A stretch of DNA of 44,362 nucleotides from an uncultured Candidatus Saccharibacteria bacterium (lineage in GTDB: Bacteria; Patescibacteriota; UBA1384; DTJR01): the NCBI GenBank assembly GCA_964540855.1, contig CAZIOI010000002.1, positions 1 to 44,362 of the forward strand. The letters run 5' to 3'. Both the position numbers and the translations under genes were made by a program. A model generated the notes under the pieces. It saw only the letters and a list, made by a program, of their open reading frames with translations, did no database searches and was not told where the DNA came from. How positions within the stretch are numbered: position 1 is the first letter of the stretch; every line of letters begins with the position of its first letter. Positions 11,240 through 18,683 of this stretch are shown here, in pieces.

Positions 11240-11314
11240 GGGCCAGTAGCTCAGTGGTAGAGCAGGAGCCTTTTAAGCTTCGTGTCGCGGGTTCGATCCC
11301 CGCCTGGCCCTCCA
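11240..11314 (+). tRNA. tRNA-Lys (anticodon UUU), CCA encoded
   Basis: Hand-folded cloverleaf: acceptor GGGCCAG/CTGGCCC, D stem GCTC/GAGC, anticodon stem GGAGC/GCTTC with loop CTTTTAA, T arm GCGGG-TTCGATC-CCCGC, then discriminator T and CCA. Confidence 0.93.
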
Positions 11315-11351
11315 ACAAAGTCGATCACCGCAAGGTGGTCGTTTTTGTTGG
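11315..11351 (+). terminator. Terminator hairpin after tRNA-Lys
   Basis: cgatcacc-gcaa-ggtggtcg followed by ttttt. The flanking caacaaag/ttttgttg extends the stem. Confidence 0.6.
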
Positions 11352-11474
11352 ATGATTTGGGACGGTGGGGATCGAAAGCCGGACTGAACGATCCGCCAAC
11401 AGGCAGAGAGTGAGGGAGGCGAGCTCGCGAGCGGCGCATTCCTTGATAATTATATTGCGCCGACTTGTGAGAAG

Positions 11475-11492
11475 CCCCGCCTGGCCCTCCAA
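11475..11492 (+). repeat. 18-bp direct duplication of the tRNA-Lys 3' end (att-like)
   Basis: ccccgcctggccctccaa at 11475-11492 is identical to 11298-11315, which covers the T-stem 3' half, the acceptor 3' strand and CCA. Confidence 0.85.
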
Positions 11493-11609
11493 AACAGAAA
11501 GTTGTACGCTTGCAAGAGTACTTTTTAAAAAAATAGTTACAAAAGTAAACAGAGCTGTCATTTTACTACTCAATCTATCAAGAGATTATGTGTACTTTTC
11601 AGACAAAAA

Positions 11610-12833
11610 TTATTTAATATCCAGAACAATTTTTTCTAATTCTGATGGATCATCGAATATCTTGAATTTTATTCCGGAAGCCGACAAATTATTTTTAGCG
11701 CTTTCACCTATTTTAGTTGCATAGACCTCGTCAGCAGAAACAGCTTTGGCAAATTTCACTCCATGACCAGTTGTCGCCTCATAAAAAATATTTTTAATTT
11801 TTGTTTTACCAAGAATTTTTTTATTGTCATCATAATCAATAACCGCATACTCTTTGACCCCAAATTCATCTGCAATATCTCCTTCAAAAACGGGGATAAT
11901 AATTCTATAACCGATTTTTTTCGGCCCTATTGGGGAAAAACCTCTTCTGTAAATCAATCTAGAACCAATTGAGTTTTTAAGTGTTCCTTTATGAAAATCA
12001 TGCGATTCAACAGATATATTAACAAGTTTTAATTTATCAATTTTTTCTAAAAGATTTTTTTCTAACTTATCTGTTATATTAGAAGCCTCCTCGATTTTGA
12101 GTTTAGGATCAAGTACGATTTTTATATCTGCAATAGCAGCTGCTCCCATTTTTCTGCTCTTTAAGCTCGATAAATTAATTCCTATATCTTTAGATATTTT
12201 TTTTATCTGTTCTTCTATTTCGGGGTCGGCAATATCGAGCAGGGAACTTGAAATATCGCTTCCAAGTTGCCACGACTCCCAGAGAATATATATGCCGATT
12301 ATGACTGTAATTAAAGCGTCGGCGCCCGTCCATAATTTAATTAACAATATTCCTAAAAGAACTCCTAAAGATGCAATCGCGTCAGCCCGAGAATGTTCGC
12401 CGTCAGCGATAAGGGCAGGCGAAGAGTACTTAGCGCCTGTGTCAAACTTAAGCCGGGCCATAATTTCGTTCACTACGACCGATATAGCCATTATTGCTAT
12501 TGCCCAGACAGACAGAGTTGCCCGCTCTGGTCTAAAAAAATGGATTATTCCCTCATAAAGAATCCAAAAAGCAGAAATGGCTAGAAGAATTGAAACTATA
12601 AAACCGGCCAATGTCTCCGCACGATAATAACCATAAGGATGTTTTTCATCTACCGGTTTTTGTGCACTTTTAATCCCAAAATAGGCTACAATTGAGGAGA
12701 TAATGTCTAACCCGGAGTGAACGCCTTCAGCAATCAAAGCAGTTAAATTAAACGTTAAGCCCAAAACTATCTTGCCACCTGCGAGCATTACATTGACCAA
12801 AATTGCAAACAAAGAAACTGATTGTTGGTTCAT
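11610..12833 (-). CDS. Cation diffusion facilitator (CDF) transporter fused to a NifX/NifB-like (Nitro_FeMo-Co type) C-terminal domain
   Basis: The CDF core carries HSGLDIISS, HPYGYYRAE and GEHSRADAIASL. The C-terminal ~100 aa (EFGVKEYAVIDYD...GHGVKFAKAV...SASGIKFKIF) match the pattern of small NifX-like cofactor-binding proteins. Confidence 0.85.
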   Translation of the reverse strand: MNQQSVSLFAILVNVMLAGGKIVLGLTFNLTALIAEGVHSGLDIISSIVAYFGIKSAQKPVDEKHPYGYYRAETLAGFIVSILLAISAFWILYEGIIHFFRPERATLSVWAIAIMAISVVVNEIMARLKFDTGAKYSSPALIADGEHSRADAIASLGVLLGILLIKLWTGADALITVIIGIYILWESWQLGSDISSSLLDIADPEIEEQIKKISKDIGINLSSLKSRKMGAAAIADIKIVLDPKLKIEEASNITDKLEKNLLEKIDKLKLVNISVESHDFHKGTLKNSIGSRLIYRRGFSPIGPKKIGYRIIIPVFEGDIADEFGVKEYAVIDYDDNKKILGKTKIKNIFYEATTGHGVKFAKAVSADEVYATKIGESAKNNLSASGIKFKIFDDPSELEKIVLDIK

Positions 12834-12844
12834 TTTTATCCTTT

Positions 12845-13585
12845 TTATACAAACAAATAATTTAAAACAATAAAAACGGCAATACTTACGATAATTCCCA
12901 TAACAAAAAATGCCGGCTTTTTATATTTTTGGGCAAAGGGGATTAACTCGTGGATTGAAACAAAGATCATAGCTCCCGCGGCAAAAGCCAAAAAAATTGG
13001 ACTCAACGCCGGAAGCACTGCTATTCCCACCAAACCGATCATTGCACCTGCTGGTTCAGCGATCGCAGAAAATACTGCCGCTTTATAAAGAAACTTTTTA
13101 TCCTCCAAAGCGGCTATCGGCGCGGCGACAGCAAACTCTTCCGGAATATTATGCAAGGCGATAGCAATTGCAACCAAAATTCCCGAGGCAGGATTAATAA
13201 TATAAGAATTAACCATGGCAAAACCCTCGGGTAAGTCATGTAAAATCAAACCAAACGTTACCAACAGGGCAACTTTATATAAATTTGCCTTAGACCCCCT
13301 TCTCTCTTTTACTAAATGAGTATGAGGAATAACATAATTCAAAAATCCCAAGACCAGTAAGCCTGCTAAACCAGCTAACAAAACCGCTATTTTTGTGGTA
13401 TTTTCCAAAGCCTCCGGAATGAGCTCAAAAAAAGATATTAGAAGCATAATTCCGGTAGAAAAACCTATGCCACTGACTACCGCTTTAACATTATTTTTGC
13501 AAAAAAGCACTAAAACAGTACCGATCAAAGTCGTGAAACCCGACATAATAGACAGGGCAAAAATTATCAGATAAGTATTCTGCAT
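12845..13585 (-). CDS. ZIP family metal transporter (ZupT-like)
   Basis: LHDLPEGFA and HNIPEEFAVA motifs in a 246-aa polytopic protein. Confidence 0.9.
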   Translation of the reverse strand: MQNTYLIIFALSIMSGFTTLIGTVLVLFCKNNVKAVVSGIGFSTGIMLLISFFELIPEALENTTKIAVLLAGLAGLLVLGFLNYVIPHTHLVKERRGSKANLYKVALLVTFGLILHDLPEGFAMVNSYIINPASGILVAIAIALHNIPEEFAVAAPIAALEDKKFLYKAAVFSAIAEPAGAMIGLVGIAVLPALSPIFLAFAAGAMIFVSIHELIPFAQKYKKPAFFVMGIIVSIAVFIVLNYLFV

Positions 13586-13720
13586 TAAAAACCTATTTTA
13601 TACTAACAAATTTATAAAAAATTCTTTTATAATCTTAACATCAAATAACCAATAAACTTGTTACTTGGTAAAATTTCATAGCAAGATTTTACTGACAACT
13701 GCCGATACAATCCTATCCGA

Positions 13721-14431
13721 TTAGTTAAAAATAACCCAAATTCCTAGTCCCAACATTATAATACCCGATATCAAATGCAAAATCTTGATATTTTTGTCTT
13801 TCCATTTATTTGTACTTTCTATGCTTGAATAGCCAAAATAGATCATTCCGGTGATAATTAAGAGTGGTAGGATAAAAATAAAATTATAATAGAGCAAGAT
13901 AGGTATTAACGAAACTTTCGGTAAACTTGCTAAGTAGCCGATTGTAAACAAATACGGTCCCCCGGTGCAAGGCAATTCAAAAAAAATAATAACAAAACCA
14001 GCAAAAAATGCCGGCAAAGGACTTGTGATACCTTTGAGCAATTTTTTTAGCGATGGTCGCCAACGGTTAGGTATTTCTGTAACAAACCCACCACCACCAT
14101 ACCAAAAGAAATCTTTAATATTAGAAAGACCGATTAAAACAGCCATAATCCCGATTATTATATGAAACCACTTTGCCAGCCCAGAAAAATTTAATGCATG
14201 AAAAAGCCCTAACCCAGCTATAAAATAGGCAGCAAATAATCCTGAAGCAAAAAGCAAACCAGTTAAAACAGCCTTTTTTTTGTTCGTTGTAGTTATTAAC
14301 GAACCCAACAAAATTAATAACACCGCAATTGCGCAAGGATTTATCGAATCCACTAAAGCCGCGCTTGTAATAACCGAGATAGAAGCCGATTCTAAAATCT
14401 GTGGTGCCACACAAGTTCCTATATTGTTCAT
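13721..14431 (-). CDS. CcdA/DsbD-like transmembrane thiol-disulfide transfer family protein (tentative)
   Basis: A polytopic protein with membrane-embedded Cys motifs (SINPCAIAVL and ELPCTGGPY). AAGGAG lies 10 nt before the ATG at 14431. Confidence 0.55.
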   Translation of the reverse strand: MNNIGTCVAPQILESASISVITSAALVDSINPCAIAVLLILLGSLITTTNKKKAVLTGLLFASGLFAAYFIAGLGLFHALNFSGLAKWFHIIIGIMAVLIGLSNIKDFFWYGGGGFVTEIPNRWRPSLKKLLKGITSPLPAFFAGFVIIFFELPCTGGPYLFTIGYLASLPKVSLIPILLYYNFIFILPLLIITGMIYFGYSSIESTNKWKDKNIKILHLISGIIMLGLGIWVIFN

Positions 14432-14453
14432 TTTCTCAATGCTCCTTAATAAT

Positions 14454-14481
14454 AAATAGAGGGGGCACACCCCCTCTATTT
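14454..14481 (-). terminator. Hairpin between the DUF5320 gene and the CcdA-like gene
   Basis: aaatagaggggg-caca-ccccctctattt has a 12-bp perfect stem and a T-rich tail on the minus strand. Confidence 0.6.
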
Positions 14482-14483
14482 AA

Positions 14484-14744
14484 CTAGTTCTGATTTTCTA
14501 GTAGTTTCAATTGGTCTTCGGCCGCCTTTAGTTCTTCCTTAAGTAAAGCTATATCTTCTTCGATACTAGCTTTTTCTTCAACAACCGTTGGCTGGCGATA
14601 TGACCAGCGACCGATTGGTCCAAAACCACCAAACCTGCAACCACGATAGCCTAATCCTCTTCCATAGCCTCCGCCGCAAGTTCCTAGGCCACGTCCTGTT
14701 CTAGGACCCATTCCTGCCGGGCCGGTTCCATCAAGTCTTGGCAT
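14484..14744 (-). CDS. DUF5320 family protein
   Basis: MPRLDGTGPAGMGPRTGRGLGTCGGG is followed by a C-terminal coiled coil, as in DUF5320. AAGGTG lies 6 nt upstream of the ATG at 14744. Confidence 0.75.
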   Translation of the reverse strand: MPRLDGTGPAGMGPRTGRGLGTCGGGYGRGLGYRGCRFGGFGPIGRWSYRQPTVVEEKASIEEDIALLKEELKAAEDQLKLLENQN

Positions 14745-14885
14745 ATAAATCACCTTCTTTCTACAATTATTATTTAAAAAGTCTATGAGTTAATTAAATC
14801 CGATGAGAACATACAACAATTTTTGATTTTGACCGAGAGTATATAGCATTAGAATATTATATCTTAACGTTTACATCAGATATAA

Positions 14886-14905
14886 TATATAACATATGTT
14901 ATATA
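14886..14905. promoter_or_regulatory. 20-bp perfect palindrome (tatataacat|atgttatata) upstream of the DUF5320 operon
   Basis: The palindrome is read directly from the sequence. It sits between the arsP-like stop and the DUF5320 start, overlaps TATAAT-like hexamers and is AT-rich. Confidence 0.35.
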
Positions 14906-14933
14906 ATGTCAAATAATCATGTGTCCAACCAAG

Positions 14934-15893
14934 TTATAAAACCGCATTAAACAAATAGCCAGTCAAAATTATCCCCGCTCCGACAATGCCTACGAACATA
15001 AAAATCAGCTTGGGTTTCATTATTCGCTTTAAAATCATAAATTCTGGTAATGATAATCCAGTCACCGCCATCATAAAGGCGAGAGTCGTGCCCATCGCCA
15101 CCCCTTTTTCACTAAGTACCGATATAAGAGGAACGATACCTGCAGCGTTTGAATACAAAGGGATTCCCAATACAGTCGCCAAAGGGACCGCGTACCATTT
15201 GTCCGCTCCGGCATAATTTGCCAAAAAGTCTGCCGGAACATAACCATGGATAAAAGCGCCGACCGCTATACCGGCTAAGACATATACCCAAATCTTTTTT
15301 AACGTACTTCGAGTGTAGCGACCGGCATAGTTGAATCTGTCCCGCCAAGATATTTCCGATTGTTTTTTTGTATTTTTATTTTGATAACCAATATCCTCTA
15401 TCAAGTTTTCAACTCCCAGTTTGCCGAGCACAATTCCGGAAACAACCGCGATCACAAGTCCAGAGCCTATATAAAGAAGAGCTATTTTCCACCCAAACAT
15501 CCCAAGTAGCATCACCAGAGCCACTTCGTTTATCATCGGCGAAGCAATCAAAAACGAGAATGTAACGCCGATTGGCACGCCGGATTCGACAAACCCCAAA
15601 AAAAGAGGAATTGCCGAACAAGTACAAAACGGAGTAATGATTCCCAGCAAAGCCGCCAATATATTGCCCACAAACGGGTATTTTCTCGACAAAATTACCC
15701 GAATCTTTTCTTTTGGCAAAAATGATCTAATAACCGAAACTACAAAAATAACCACTGAGATCAAAATCAGGATTTTAATTGTGTCAAAAATGAAAAAATT
15801 AATGGCTTTGGCCAAAAGTGTATTGTGGCCGATCGGTAACACACTATAGCTTATCCAGTCGGCCAATAATTTTACAGGGTAAAAAATATCCAT
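14934..15893 (-). CDS. Permease of the ArsP / predicted-permease (PF03773-like) family
   Basis: A 319-aa polytopic protein with the vicinal-cysteine motif TPFCTCSAIPLF. It overlaps the arsR stop by 1 nt. Confidence 0.75.
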   Translation of the reverse strand: MDIFYPVKLLADWISYSVLPIGHNTLLAKAINFFIFDTIKILILISVVIFVVSVIRSFLPKEKIRVILSRKYPFVGNILAALLGIITPFCTCSAIPLFLGFVESGVPIGVTFSFLIASPMINEVALVMLLGMFGWKIALLYIGSGLVIAVVSGIVLGKLGVENLIEDIGYQNKNTKKQSEISWRDRFNYAGRYTRSTLKKIWVYVLAGIAVGAFIHGYVPADFLANYAGADKWYAVPLATVLGIPLYSNAAGIVPLISVLSEKGVAMGTTLAFMMAVTGLSLPEFMILKRIMKPKLIFMFVGIVGAGIILTGYLFNAVL

Positions 15894-16147
15894 TATCCTC
15901 CAAGTTCGCTAATTTTTTTTGCCAAATCCACGAGAGTTTTTTTATTCAGGGAATAAAATTGATTTTTACCGCATCTGCAATTTGTAACAACCCCTGCTTC
16001 CTTTAGGGTTGATAAATGATGAGAAACCAAATTTTGAGGCAAGTTTAACAATTTTTCTATCTGGCAAACACAAAGCGGGCCTCTGCTGAGCGCCTCCACA
16101 ATTTTCAACCTATTACTATCTGCAATAGCTTTCAACATATCAATCAT
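15893..16147 (-). CDS. arsR: ArsR/SmtB family metalloregulator
   Basis: 84 aa with NRLKIVEAL, a winged HTH, the metal-site motif LCVCQI and LVSHHLSTLKEAGVV. Confidence 0.9.
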   Translation of the reverse strand: MIDMLKAIADSNRLKIVEALSRGPLCVCQIEKLLNLPQNLVSHHLSTLKEAGVVTNCRCGKNQFYSLNKKTLVDLAKKISELGG

Positions 16148-16171
16148 TATTGATATGATAGCAAACTCTGA

Positions 16172-16185
16172 CTATTGCGCAATAG
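16172..16185. promoter_or_regulatory. 14-bp perfect palindrome ctattgc|gcaatag upstream of arsR (candidate ArsR operator)
   Basis: Lies 25-38 nt upstream of the arsR start codon on the minus strand. Confidence 0.45.
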
Positions 16186-16244
16186 ACTTTGTTTGCAAAA
16201 AACCAATATCATCAATGCTGCTGACCTGAATACCAGCCTCAACC

Positions 16245-16283
16245 GGCCCCTGCGATTGCATCAAAGGGGCCATTTAATTTTTA
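16245..16283 (+). terminator. Orphan plus-strand terminator at the left edge of island 2
   Basis: ggcccct-N13-aggggcc followed by atttaattttta. No plus-strand gene lies upstream in this window. Confidence 0.55.
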
Positions 16284-16302
16284 TAAAAGCAACATACCTC
16301 CG

Positions 16303-16354
16303 TTGACTTATTGAAATATTCTTGTACTATGATCAGATTCGCAAAGTTGCGAAT
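16303..16354 (+). promoter_or_regulatory. Island 2 promoter (TTGACT-16-TACTAT) plus the 8-2-8 operator palindrome ATTCGCAA-AG-TTGCGAAT
   Basis: TTGACT at 16303-16308 and TACTAT at 16325-16330. The perfect palindrome at 16337-16354 lies just downstream of the -10. Confidence 0.5.
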
Positions 16355-16374
16355 ACAAAACAGGGGGGATCGCC

Positions 16375-16911
16375 TTGGCGCACGCCGAAAATGATACCAA
16401 GTTTGTCGTTCTGACAAAGAACGGCAGGCCAGCAGGGTGGGAACTACGCAAAGGCGATAGAGTCGCCGAAAGCGGGCGGCTATATCCAGTCAAGAGCGCA
16501 TGGGGTACACTTCTGCTCCACCTCCCCAGCATGAGACCCGGCTCATATAACAAGGATGAGCTGAGGACTGTGTTGGGCTGGGACGGCAACAGGCTAGAGG
16601 TTCTGACCAGAGCCGCCATCGAGCGGTTCGCAAGAGAGCACCCAGACGTAATGAAAATCCGTGGCAAAACCGTCGCGGTTCTCATCGAAATCGGCCTCGA
16701 AGAATTCGAGGCTGGCGAGCATATCTCGCCTTGTAAACAGACTCGGTGCACACCAGCGGCCCGAGCAAGCAAGACTCGAACTAGACAAGACCTCTCGGGG
16801 GTGTCGAACGAGAATTTGCTTGATCTTCTCGTAAGTTGCCTCCAGGATGCCGAGCAAGGCGGTTGCGCCGAAGCGGTTCGGCGCGAGATCCTCAGAAGAA
16901 TGCACCACTAA
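16375..16911 (+). CDS. GC-rich island 2, gene 1: 178-aa cytoplasmic protein, no recognised family
   Basis: A TTG start follows GGGGGGA by 5 nt. The residue composition is balanced with amphipathic segments (DELRTVLGWDGNRLEVLTRAAIERFAREHPDV). The overlapping antisense ORFs look like GC artefacts. Confidence 0.6.
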   Translation: MAHAENDTKFVVLTKNGRPAGWELRKGDRVAESGRLYPVKSAWGTLLLHLPSMRPGSYNKDELRTVLGWDGNRLEVLTRAAIERFAREHPDVMKIRGKTVAVLIEIGLEEFEAGEHISPCKQTRCTPAARASKTRTRQDLSGVSNENLLDLLVSCLQDAEQGGCAEAVRREILRRMHH

Positions 16912-16938
16912 CAGAAAGCAATCTGCACGAGAGGTAGA

Positions 16939-17127
16939 ATGATGGCCGAGAAAATGGCAAGGAGCGCTCTGCTGTGGTTAGTAGGAGGGTTCATAGCCCA
17001 TCTTGCCAATATTGCCCCCGAAGCAATCACGTGGTGGGTGATGGGCGCCAGCTTATTGGTTCTTGCCACAAGTGGCACCATCATGCTGTTGCGAGCCTTC
17101 CGTCTGGAAATTCGCAAGCATAAGTAA
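16939..17127 (+). CDS. GC-rich island 2, gene 2: 62-aa two-TM protein with a basic C-terminal tail (holin-like or small membrane effector)
   Basis: Two hydrophobic helices (ALLWLVGGFIAHLANI and WWVMGASLLVLATSGTIMLL) are followed by RAFRLEIRKHK. GAGAGG precedes the ATG. Confidence 0.55.
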   Translation: MMAEKMARSALLWLVGGFIAHLANIAPEAITWWVMGASLLVLATSGTIMLLRAFRLEIRKHK

Positions 17128-17130
17128 TCC

Positions 17131-17190
17131 GGCCCCGCGCCTTGGATCGCGACAGCGACACCAAGGCGCGGGGCCGCCCGTTCATCTTTT
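17131..17190 (+). terminator. Island 2 intrinsic terminator
   Basis: A 15-bp perfect stem (ggccccgcgccttgg / ccaaggcgcggggcc), then ...catctttt. Confidence 0.8.
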
Positions 17191-17248
17191 CAAACCAAGA
17201 AAAAACCTGTAAGATAAACTCGAGCTTTAAAAAACTAAGCAAAATTTT

Positions 17249-18682
17249 ATGAAAAGAACACAGATCGTCGATACATTGTCCGAAGTTTCTAAAACAGTTA
17301 AGGTCTCAGGCTGGGTCCATGCCCGCCGAGACCACGGCAAACTAATTTTTATTGACCTGAGAGACCGAACCGGACTTTTGCAGGTCGTTTTTTTGCCCAA
17401 TTCGCCCGCATACGACGAAGCAAAAAAACTCCGCAGTGAATGGGTAGTATCGATAACCGGCACAATCAACGAGCGACCTGAAAAAATGGTTAATTTAGAA
17501 ATATCAACCGGAAAAGTAGAGCTCGAAGCTCATGAGCTGGAGATACTCAACGAAGCCAAGACAACTCCTTTTGAAGTTGATAAAGATACGTCCAAAGTCG
17601 ATGAAGATCTTCGCCTGAAATACAGATACTTAGATTTGCGTACGGAGAGACTGAACAAAAATATTACCCTGCGCCACGAAGTTGTCAGGTTTTTCAGGGA
17701 ATATCTATGGGAAAAAGGTTTTCGAGAAATCGAGACGCCATACCTCACAAAATCTACACCCGAAGGCGCGCGCGAATTTATGGTTCCTTCGAGAATTTAT
17801 CCAGGAGAATTTTACGTTCTGCCGCAATCGCCACAGCAATTCAAACAACTACTCATGGTCGCCGGAATTGAAAGATATTTTCAGATCGCCCGATGCTTCC
17901 GCGATGAAGACCAGCGCGGCGACCGCCAGCCGGAATTCACCCAACTTGATATGGAGATGAGTTTTGTCGCACAAGAAGACGTCTGGGAACTAGTTGAAAA
18001 AATGATGATCGAAATGGTCAAAACCGTCTGTCCGGATAAAAAAATACAGCAAACCCCTTTTCCACGCATCACGTACAAAGAGGCAATGGAAAAATACAAA
18101 ACCGATAAACCGGACCTCAGAAAAAATAAATCCGATAAAAATGAACTTGCTTTTATGTGGCTGGTTGATGTTCCAATGTTCAAATATTCTCAAACCGAAA
18201 AAAAGCTTGTCTCCTCGCATCATCCCTTTACAATGCCAAACGCCGAGGACATTGATCAGCTGGATACAAACCCAGAGAAAGTTCGCTCGTACGGCTATGA
18301 CCTTGTCCTAAACGGGTTTGAGATTGCCGGCGGTTCGATCAGGATTCACAGTCGCGAAATTCAGAACAAAATATTCAATCTACTGGGTATATCAGAAGAA
18401 GAAAAGAAACGTCGCTTTGGCCACATGCTCGAGGCTTTCGAGTATGGCGCACCGCCGCATGGCGGTATTGCCCCGGGAATAGACAGGATTGTCGCCCTGT
18501 TAGCCGGCGAGGATGTAATCCGCGAGGTTATGGCATTTCCGAAAACAGGGGACGCCAAAGACCTAACGATGGGTTCGCCATCACCGGTGACCGAAAAACA
18601 ACTCAAAGACGTCCACATAGAGCTTGCCAAAGAGGCAAAAGGTAAAGAGCTCAAAGGCAAAGACACCGAAACAAACGATTAA
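17249..18682 (+). CDS. aspS: Aspartate--tRNA ligase, bacterial type, lacking the GAD insertion domain
   Basis: Contains QSPQQFKQLLM and FRDEDQRGDRQPEFTQLDMEMSF (motif 2), SDKPDLR-type and HHPFT motifs, and GGIAPGIDR (motif 3). It is 477 aa rather than about 590. Confidence 0.95.
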   Translation: MKRTQIVDTLSEVSKTVKVSGWVHARRDHGKLIFIDLRDRTGLLQVVFLPNSPAYDEAKKLRSEWVVSITGTINERPEKMVNLEISTGKVELEAHELEILNEAKTTPFEVDKDTSKVDEDLRLKYRYLDLRTERLNKNITLRHEVVRFFREYLWEKGFREIETPYLTKSTPEGAREFMVPSRIYPGEFYVLPQSPQQFKQLLMVAGIERYFQIARCFRDEDQRGDRQPEFTQLDMEMSFVAQEDVWELVEKMMIEMVKTVCPDKKIQQTPFPRITYKEAMEKYKTDKPDLRKNKSDKNELAFMWLVDVPMFKYSQTEKKLVSSHHPFTMPNAEDIDQLDTNPEKVRSYGYDLVLNGFEIAGGSIRIHSREIQNKIFNLLGISEEEKKRRFGHMLEAFEYGAPPHGGIAPGIDRIVALLAGEDVIREVMAFPKTGDAKDLTMGSPSPVTEKQLKDVHIELAKEAKGKELKGKDTETND

Positions 18683-18683
18683 A

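Noticed and set aside
11358-11400. An inverted T-loop-like 10-mer (ttcgatcccc on the minus strand), considered as a possible second tRNA or pseudo-tRNA next to tRNA-Lys.
   Set aside because: The flanks cannot be folded into T-stem or acceptor helices. It is treated as part of the att-flanked insert rather than as a gene.
16308-16908. Minus-strand ORFs (154 and 104 aa) antisense to island 2 gene 1.
   Set aside because: They have no SD or promoter and a poor composition. They are antisense shadows of the GC-rich plus-strand gene.
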